Assembly: GCA_963717525.1 (NCBI GenBank)
Contig: OY970343.1
Coordinates: 320,001-384,000, forward strand
Length of the DNA: 64,000 nucleotides
Origin: an uncultured Methanoregulaceae archaeon
GTDB taxonomy: Archaea; Halobacteriota; Methanomicrobia; Methanomicrobiales; Methanospirillaceae
Reading direction: 5' to 3'
A program made the translations under genes and the position numbers. The notes beneath the pieces were generated by a model. The model saw nothing but the letters and a program-made list of their open reading frames with translations, did no database searches and was not told the origin of the DNA. This document shows, in pieces, positions 56,230 to 64,000 of this stretch; the stretch's first letter is position 1, and each line of letters opens with the position of its first letter.

Positions 56230-57663
56230 ATGTCTGAAAAAGAACTTGAAGTCCAGCGTCATGGCACGATGTATCTCATATCATCAATAGGAATCACCCT
56301 TGTCGGGTTCCTTGCCACGATGTTTTATGCACACTGGATTGGACCGGGTGTCTTGGGACAGTATTTCTTATTTCTTTCCTGTTTTGCTATTGCAAGTCTG
56401 TTCACGGATCTGGGGATTGGATATGCGGCAACTTACCGTATCTGTGAGGGAAAGGACCCGGATGAATTTTTTTCCGCAAGTATTGTATTAAGGGTATCAC
56501 TCTGGCTTATCGTCGCAGTGGTCATGCTGGTGTTCCACAATTATTTCGGAACACTTGATCAGACAGGTCTGCTCTGGATTCTTATCGCTGTGCTGGGAAT
56601 TTCGACACTGGTCTCGTCCTGTGGTACCGCCATTGGCGCCAGCAACCGGCTGGGTCTTGCCGCATCGGTCAGTCTGATACAAAACATTACCCAGATTGTC
56701 ATCCAGGTTATCGCTGTTTTTCTCGGATTTAAGGTGTACGGCCTGATTGGAGGCCTTTTCGCCGGGCTGTTAACGGAAATCGTTATCGAAATAAAATATA
56801 TTGACTACCAGTTGAAAAAATTCCACTGGTCCCATGTTAAGAGTATTTTCTCTTTTTCCAGCTGGGCGTTCCTGTCAACCTTTTGCACCACCCTCTTCGA
56901 CAATACGAACCCGCTTATTATCGCATATTTCATGCCCATCTCCGATGTAGGAGTTTTCGGGGTGTGCTGGACGTTTACTGTATTCGCATTGTTCGTAAGC
57001 ACTGCTCTCTGTAATACCTTATTTGTAAAAGTGAGCAGGTGGAGATCGGCTGGCGACTGGGATGCCATCACTATCGCTCTTTCCCGGGCAACATCGTATT
57101 CTCTCATCCTTGCCATTCCCATGTTAATCGGTGGTGCGATTTTGGGAGGGCATCTATTATATTACGTGTATGGTGCCTCATTTGCAATAGGTGCAACTGC
57201 ACTTGTGATTATAATAGGGGCCAGGGTTGTGCAATCTGTGTTGCTACTTTATTCGAATTTTTTAATGGCAACAGATCATGTAAAACACCAGTTCTTCGGG
57301 CTTTTTACCGGAGTCATTGTAAATATCCTTCTGGCGTGCATTTTAATACCGGTATGGGGATTGCCGGGAGCGGCAGTCGCATCGCTTTCCAATGCAATGG
57401 TAAGCGCGATCATCTGCAGGCATTATCTTCGTAAGGTTATCCTGATTCAGATCGAGATGAAAACTATCCGGGATATCCTCATCTCAACGGGAATTATGGC
57501 CATAATCATTCTTCCTGTGGATTTATTCCTGAACCAGAGCCTCCTGGCTACTGCAGCAATGGTTGGTCTTGGTGCCATCATATACCTGGCAGTACTTTTC
57601 ATAATTAATTCACAGATACGCGAAGATGTCCTTAAAACAGTAAAAATCCGGTGGATATCCTGA
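56230..57663 (+). CDS. Oligosaccharide flippase (Wzx/MOP family)
   Basis: Many TM helices, DLGIG, GLPGAAVA. Confidence 0.88.
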   Translation: MSEKELEVQRHGTMYLISSIGITLVGFLATMFYAHWIGPGVLGQYFLFLSCFAIASLFTDLGIGYAATYRICEGKDPDEFFSASIVLRVSLWLIVAVVMLVFHNYFGTLDQTGLLWILIAVLGISTLVSSCGTAIGASNRLGLAASVSLIQNITQIVIQVIAVFLGFKVYGLIGGLFAGLLTEIVIEIKYIDYQLKKFHWSHVKSIFSFSSWAFLSTFCTTLFDNTNPLIIAYFMPISDVGVFGVCWTFTVFALFVSTALCNTLFVKVSRWRSAGDWDAITIALSRATSYSLILAIPMLIGGAILGGHLLYYVYGASFAIGATALVIIIGARVVQSVLLLYSNFLMATDHVKHQFFGLFTGVIVNILLACILIPVWGLPGAAVASLSNAMVSAIICRHYLRKVILIQIEMKTIRDILISTGIMAIIILPVDLFLNQSLLATAAMVGLGAIIYLAVLFIINSQIREDVLKTVKIRWIS

Positions 57664-57920
57664 AAAAGTGAGAGAAAACAACACGGCATACCAGATTATA
57701 AAATATAAAATACATGAAACCGTCGGGGAAAATGGTGACTATAGTATAACGGTATTATCTATGCTCCTCCTTCTCATCACTCATGGTCGAAAAACCCACA
57801 CCCGGCGCTGGGCGAAGGTGAACGGATTTACAGCGCAGTTAACTTAGGCTGATGATAAAGACGACAAACCAGCTGTTGAATTGAAGGTGATTGGAGTTCA
57901 CAACGCATTCTGTCGATCTT

Positions 57921-59785
57921 TTACTGTGCCGAAAGGGAGAACACCTTCGCCCAGCGTTCAAGAGCAAACAGGTTCCAGACAAGGAGTGGGGAACGACCTG
58001 ATGTAGGCGTTCTCAGATCTGCCAATAATTTTGTCAGTTTTGCCGGAGTGACCACGTTCCTGCAGAACGAGCCGTCCTCGAGAGTCTGCGTGGCCACTTC
58101 CCGCATCTCTCCTGTCATCCATGCCTTGTAGGGGACACCGAATCCTTTTTTTGGCCGGGCAAATATTTCCGGGGGGACAATCCCCTCTAACGCCTTTCGC
58201 CAGATATATTTCTCGGTTTTTTCGCGTATTTTGAACTCCGGGGGGATTGAAAATGCAAAGGAGATCAATTCTTTATCCAGGATGGGCACTCGTTCTTCCA
58301 CGGAATTTGCCATGGTTGCCTTGTCTGCCTTCATCAGGTAGAGATCTGGCAGATGGTTTCTGCAGTCGAATGCGAGCATCCGGTTGAGGGGACTGGTTAC
58401 ACCCTCGGGCTCAACGATCGGGGTTTTCCATCCCGGACAGTCCGTGTTCCCCAGCCAGCGGAGTTCGTCAGAGGTAATGCCGGTAATCTGCCAGGAATAT
58501 TGTTGCGCACGTTCAAGTGTTTCCTGGCCGAGGTAATGCGCATAAACAAAAGTGTCGTTGTGCGCCGGGTTACCGGCTCCGGGGAATGCTGAAATGAGCC
58601 TGTTGATGGCCTGTCGTGGGAATTTTGGAAGTGAAAACCACCGCTGCCATGCAAGCCCGGCGCGGTAACTGGAATACCCCCCGAACAGCTCGTCCGATCC
58701 TTCTCCGGCCAGTACCACTTTTACAAACCTCTTGGCAGCCTGCGACAGGTAGTAATTTGCAATAATTGCCGCGTCACCGAGGGGCTCATCGAAATGCCAG
58801 GTAATCCGGTCAAAGTCACGGATTACCTCCGGAACCGAGATCCTGACCTCGTGATGTGCGGTGTCAAGGGTATCCGATAATGTGCGAGCATAATCGCTGT
58901 CTGGATTATCATCCCCGAAGCAGGCTGTAAACGTATGAAATTCATAATCTACCATCGGCCGGGCAAGTGCTGTGATGCCGCTTGAATCGATTCCGCCGGA
59001 GAGGAATGATCCGATAGGAACATCGGCGGCCATCATCCGGAGCCGGGTCGATTCAGTGAGAAGGGCCAAAAGGCGTTTGATGCAGTAATCTTCGGTATAA
59101 TTCTCAATGGATTCGTGTATGGTCCAGTACCGGTGAAAGGAGCACTGTTTTGTTTCCAGCGACAATATCATACCGGTGCCGGGGGGACCTGGTAAATACC
59201 CTCAATTAATGTTTGCGAACCGGGAACGTACTGATTTTTGAGATATCCGCACAGGGCGGATCCGGATACACGGATGGGAATTTTCAATCCGGAAAATGCT
59301 GTAAGTATCGCTTTTATTTCAGACGCAAAAATAAGCTGTTTCCCGTCCCATGAATAATAAAGAGGCTTTTTTCCGATCGGGTCCCGGGCGAGAAGGATCT
59401 GTTTTTTCTTTTGATCATAGAGTGCGAACGCAAACATTCCCCGCAGCTGGTTCAGGAAACTTGGACCGGATTCCTCATATGCATGGACAAGGACCTCAGT
59501 ATCAGTCTGCGATGAGAAGGTATGGCAGTGAGCGAGCTGCTCCCTGATTTCCTCAAAATTGTATATTTCTCCATTATAGGTGATCCAGATCGTCCCGTCT
59601 TCATTCGAAAGAGGTTGTTTTCCCCGAGCCGACAGATCAATGATAGAGAGCCTCGTGTGTCCCAGGGTGACTACATCATCGGAAAAACGTCCACGCCCGT
59701 CAGGCCCGCGATGGTTCAGGGTATCCATCATACGGGTTATGAGAGCATCATCCTCAAACCCACAAAACCCGCAGATCCCGCACAT
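57921..59785 (-). CDS. asnB: Asparagine synthase-like glutamine amidotransferase; frameshift near 59185
   Basis: MCGICG, HRGPD, NGEIYN, RDPIGKKPL, SGGIDSS, GEGSDELFGGY, KADKATMANSVEERVP. Confidence 0.92.
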
Positions 59786-59962
59786 CCTCGCTTCTCCTCT
59801 GGGACAAACCGGGAATTCCCACTGTTTGTCATTGACGATGCGTTACCGGGCGTGATATATCCGTAATGACAGCAACGTCTTACATAGATGAGAGATGGCA
59901 TACTATAAAACGTATTTTTACCAGTATCGCGAATATAGAATGATGAAACCCGGGAGTGCCAG

Positions 59963-60892
59963 ATGAAATATATTGTCACCGGCGGTGCGGGCTTTATCGG
60001 CTCACATATCGCGGAATACCTGTGCAGGAGGGGCGATGAAGTTATTATTTTTGACGACCTGTTCAGTGGCAGGCACGAAAATATCCGCGACCTCCTTGAG
60101 GAGAAAAATGTCACGTTCGTTGAGGGGGGTGTAACCGATCCTGACCTGCTGAAAAAAACTTTTTCCGGTGCGTATGGTATTTTTCATGAAGCGGCAATTG
60201 CATCGGTGCCGCGGTCCATAAAAAATCCCCTTGCCACACATGAGGCAAACATAACAGGCACGCTTAATGTTCTTATCGCAGCACGGGAGTGTGGAGTGAA
60301 AAAAGTGGTCTTTGCGTCCTCCTCCTCAGTTTATGGTGATACCCCGACCCTCCCTAAAAAGGAAGAGATGAAACCAAACCCGATATCCCCGTATGCCGTA
60401 TCAAAGCTGGCAGGGGAATATTACTGCCGTGTTTTTTCATCAGTATACAATATCCCGACGGTCTGCCTGCGGTATTTCAACGTGTTCGGGCCCCGGCAGG
60501 ACCCCAATTCTGAATATGCTGCAGTAATTCCCAGGTTCATTTTACGTATTCTCAATAATCAGCCACCGGTAATTTATGGAGATGGAAATCAGACACGCGA
60601 TTTCACGTACGTGGCAGATGTAGTCCAGGCAAATATTCTGGGGATGGATCGAAATATTGAGGGCGTGTTTAACATTGCCTATGGCAGCCGTATCTCCCTT
60701 AATGAACTGGCTGCAACATTATTGGAACTTGCAGATGTTGATCTTACTCCGGTTTTTGAACCTCCGAGGACAGGTGATGTCAGGCATTCACTGGCCGACA
60801 TCTGTTCTGCCCGTTCTTTATTAGGCTACACGCCAAAATACACAGTCACATCCGGGTTACAGGAGACATTACAATGGTACCAGAACCAATAA
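59963..60892 (+). CDS. UDP-sugar 4-epimerase (WbpP/TviC-like SDR)
   Basis: TGGAGFIGSH, SVPRS, SSSSVYG, YAVSK, RYFNVFGPRQDP. Confidence 0.9.
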   Translation: MKYIVTGGAGFIGSHIAEYLCRRGDEVIIFDDLFSGRHENIRDLLEEKNVTFVEGGVTDPDLLKKTFSGAYGIFHEAAIASVPRSIKNPLATHEANITGTLNVLIAARECGVKKVVFASSSSVYGDTPTLPKKEEMKPNPISPYAVSKLAGEYYCRVFSSVYNIPTVCLRYFNVFGPRQDPNSEYAAVIPRFILRILNNQPPVIYGDGNQTRDFTYVADVVQANILGMDRNIEGVFNIAYGSRISLNELAATLLELADVDLTPVFEPPRTGDVRHSLADICSARSLLGYTPKYTVTSGLQETLQWYQNQ

Positions 60893-62122
60893 AGACCCCC
60901 ACGATCTGTATCGTCGGCCTGGGGTATGTCGGCTATCCCCTCGCTGAGGCATTTTCCCATCACCTCCCAACTATAGGTTTCGATATCGATAAAGCCCGGG
61001 TTGAATATGTCTGTAGCCAGGGTTCCCTGATCCGGGCCACGACGGATCCCTCCCGGATTCGAGAGGCAGATTACATCATGATCTGCGTTCCCACCCCGGT
61101 ACTGAAAAACAAACAACCGGATCTGGCGCCTGTCCGGAATGCTGCGGCGGTTATCGGGAAGAACTTGAAAAAAGGAGCAACAGTAATACTGGAATCAACG
61201 GTGTATCCCGGGGTAACGGAGGATATCGTAAAACCCATTCTTGAAACAGAATCCGGATTCCACTGTGGTAAGGATTTCAGGATTGGATACTCCCCGGAAA
61301 GGATCAACCCGGGTGACAAGGAGCATGAATTATCCGCTATAACCAAAATTGTCGCTGGCATGGATGCAGATACCCTTAATGATCTTGAAGGCATTTATGG
61401 GCTAGTTACCCACGTATATCGCGCAAAAAATATCCGGACTGCTGAGGCAGCGAAGGTTATTGAGAACATCCAGCGGGATCTCAACATCTCCCTTATGAAT
61501 GAGCTCAGCATTATCTTCAGTCGTATTGGTATCGAAACTGCTGATGTACTGGAAGCAGACCGGCACGAAATGGAATTTTCTCAGGTTCAGGCCCGGTCTT
61601 GTTGGCGGACACTGTATCCCGGTCGACCCCTATTATCTGGTCATGTGCGCTCAGGAAGCGGGGTATCATCCTCAGGTCATCCTCGCCGGGCGGGCCATCA
61701 ATGACTCGATGCCCAAGTATGTGGCAGAAATGACCATAAAAGCGCTTAATTCTGTGGAGAAAGTAATAAAGGGATCGAAAGTGCTGATCATGGGGCTCAC
61801 TTATAAAGAAAATGTTCCCGATATCCGCGAATCCCCGGCAGAAGAAATTGTTCATGAACTAAAAGAATATGGTGTGGATGTGTATGGGTACGACCCGCTC
61901 CTTGCTCCAGCCGTGATCAGTAAATTCGGAGCGTTTCCCGTTACCGACCTTACGGTAAAAACTGATGCAGTGATTGTAACGGTAGCTCACGATGCATTCA
62001 GGAAAATGCGTGTTGGCGACCTCCGGAGCCTGATGGGAGACCGACCGGTTCTCATCGATGTCCGCGGTATGATAAAACGCACGGATGCAGAGCGTGAAGG
62101 AATCTATTACCTGACCTTGTGA
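60874..62122 (+). CDS. UDP-N-acetylhexosamine 6-dehydrogenase (WbpO/TviB-like); frameshift near 61559
   Basis: GLGYVG, ESTVYPG, SPERINPG, AKVIENIQRD, GGHCIPVDPY. Confidence 0.92.
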
Positions 62123-62176
62123 AGGGAGACAATATAAAAATGAATTGGACGTTTCTTTATGGTTCGTTCATTGAAT

Positions 62177-63208
62177 TTACTTGTTTTTAAGGAGTTCCTG
62201 ATGAATTTCAATCAGGCGCCGGATAAGTAAATCATCATTATAATGCGAGATCATCTCACATCTCCCTTTTTTACCCATCGTTTTTCGCTCACTTTCGTGT
62301 TCTTTCATCCAGGAAATTGCCTGACTCAGTGCCTGAGAGTTCTGAGGAGGTATCAGCAGTCCAGTCTCATGGTGATGGACAATTTCCGGGGTTCCACCAA
62401 CATTAGTTGCGATCATAGGAACTTCACATGAAAGACTTTCCATAATGAAGTTGGAAAGACCTTCTGTATAGGAGGGCAACAATGAAACATCTGCAGCATT
62501 AATCAGGGAAGGGATCGTATCCGGGGATAACTCACCGAGGTACCTGCAGTTATCGGGATGGGGAGGGACATTTCCCGGTCCGGCAAGTACAAAAAGGGAA
62601 TCAGGATGATCATGTGCCGCCGAAATAATTTCGTGAATCCCTTTCCATGGATGAAGCCGACCGACATATAAAAAAAGAGGTTTATCTAACGGCAGATCAA
62701 ACTTTTTTTTTGACAAGACAGGATCTTCAGGTTTAAAATGATCAGTGTTAACGCCACTACTTATGGCAGTAATCTTTTCTGGAACAGCGCCCAGTTCAAT
62801 AAGCCTTTCACGAATTTCCTGACTTGCGGTAATGATATGATCTGCCCGTCGTATCATTGAACGAGTAACTAACCGGTTCAGTTTGTTGGCGAAAGGGTAT
62901 ATCCGGCCATCGTCACCATGGAATTTCAGCACCAAAGGTCTATCTCGCTTTAAAAGGGCCGGTATGATACTGCTATGGGGGATGTAATGTGCCTGTAAAA
63001 TATCAATATCCGGTTTTAAGGCAAGATTAATGCTTTTTGCATAAAACGGGACATACCCGGATATTTTTGGGGAAGTCTTTACCGCCTTTTTTACGACAAT
63101 TCTATTGTCTTCGAGTTTTTTTACCATTCTCCAGATAAATATCCCCCGTAAATCATCCGCCGAAGTGGGATACATATTGGCAAAAAGTCCAAGAGTATAG
63201 GAATCCAT
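62177..63208 (-). CDS. GT4 glycosyltransferase
   Basis: FHGDD, VGRLHPWKG, PSYTEGLSNFIMES, TNVGG. Confidence 0.9.
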   Translation of the reverse strand: MDSYTLGLFANMYPTSADDLRGIFIWRMVKKLEDNRIVVKKAVKTSPKISGYVPFYAKSINLALKPDIDILQAHYIPHSSIIPALLKRDRPLVLKFHGDDGRIYPFANKLNRLVTRSMIRRADHIITASQEIRERLIELGAVPEKITAISSGVNTDHFKPEDPVLSKKKFDLPLDKPLFLYVGRLHPWKGIHEIISAAHDHPDSLFVLAGPGNVPPHPDNCRYLGELSPDTIPSLINAADVSLLPSYTEGLSNFIMESLSCEVPMIATNVGGTPEIVHHHETGLLIPPQNSQALSQAISWMKEHESERKTMGKKGRCEMISHYNDDLLIRRLIEIHQELLKNK

Positions 63209-63215
63209 GATAATC

Positions 63216-64000
63216 CTAGATCACTCCCATCTCGCTCAACCGTGCCGGCAAATACTTCTTTGTCACAAAATCCAGCCCCCTCGCCGCAAATGCCTGCTGT
63301 TCTGACTTGAGACCCAGTTCGAGCTGTAAATGGATCTGCTTCTTCCAGTACTCGGTCGCAAACCGTGGATCGGTCAGCTCGGCATTCAGGGCCTCGACAT
63401 CCTTGTCGGATAATTTGTCGGATGGCAGGTTGTAGTCCCGGATATCGCTGGGCTGAAGCCCGAGGAACTGCGCTTTCGGGGTCGCGAGCAGCTCGGAGAG
63501 GTGCGCACTCTTGATGGCTCCGTAGGCCACCGAAGCGTAAATCCGGTACGACCACGGGTCCCCATCGGTAAAGACCAGGATCGGCAGGTTCCAGGTCTGG
63601 CTTATCCGGTTGAGCAGCCTGCGTGTTGACCGGGCCGGCTGGCCCTTGAGATGAAGGAGAATCGCGTTGTGCTCCTCGTCAAATCCGTTCTCAATAAGCC
63701 GGTCGTACATACCACCGGTCTCCATCGCGATGACAAATTTCGCATCGTGATCAACCAGCTCAAGATTCTCCACGTTGTTCGGGATAGAATACCCGGCTGA
63801 TCCCACGTCGTCCTGGCAGTGGATCAACTTGAGGCCCCGCCGGGTCGGCTCCCGGATCCGCATCGGGCCGTAGACACTTGCACCGTTTTCCTCGGGCCGG
63901 AGGTGGAAGCCTTCCCGGGGTACATCGGAGATGATCTCGAGGTCTTCCACAAGGAAGTTGCTCTCGTCCTGCGCGCCGAATTTCGCCCGCTTCCATCCCT
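63216..64000 (-). CDS. top6A: DNA topoisomerase VI subunit A (5' end outside window)
   Basis: [39 protein letters not shown]. Confidence 0.95.
   Translation of the reverse strand, partial: GWKRAKFGAQDESNFLVEDLEIISDVPREGFHLRPEENGASVYGPMRIREPTRRGLKLIHCQDDVGSAGYSIPNNVENLELVDHDAKFVIAMETGGMYDRLIENGFDEEHNAILLHLKGQPARSTRRLLNRISQTWNLPILVFTDGDPWSYRIYASVAYGAIKSAHLSELLATPKAQFLGLQPSDIRDYNLPSDKLSDKDVEALNAELTDPRFATEYWKKQIHLQLELGLKSEQQAFAARGLDFVTKKYLPARLSEMGVI

Noticed and set aside
57700..57915. Possible C/D box sRNA between flippase and asnB
   Set aside because: A TGATGA is present but there is no convincing D box or terminal stem

Overview
Archaeal methanogen chromosome segment, most consistent with Methanomicrobiales (Mmp10, F420H2:NADP+ oxidoreductase, PycA/B, archease-RtcB, Topo VI A, intron-containing tRNA-Met). 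Many single-base frameshifts, including in housekeeping genes, point to long-read assembly indels. Layout: (1) 1-3906, a candidate defence island: a C5 DNA methyltransferase missing from the ORF track, divergent from a three-gene operon of a GHKL/MORC-like ATPase and two unknown proteins. (2) 4.9-25.6 kb, core genes: pilin, rubredoxin, AglJ-like glycosyltransferase, SecDF, archease/RtcB, biotin/pyruvate carboxylase cluster, Mmp10 and two tRNAs, with structured or palindromic intergenic elements. (3) 25.6-30.7 kb, a variable zone after tRNA-Thr with gene remnants, a pilin, and a RelE-type toxin-antitoxin pair between ~390-bp direct repeats. (4) 30.7-63.2 kb, a surface-glycan island: a KdnB/KdnA-like pair beside NeuABC, a second CMP-ulosonate module (HpcH aldolase, KdsB-like), RmlABC without RmlD, four DegT aminotransferases, flippase and AsnB amidotransferase. 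The window ends in top6A. All family calls come from recognised motifs; no searches were run.
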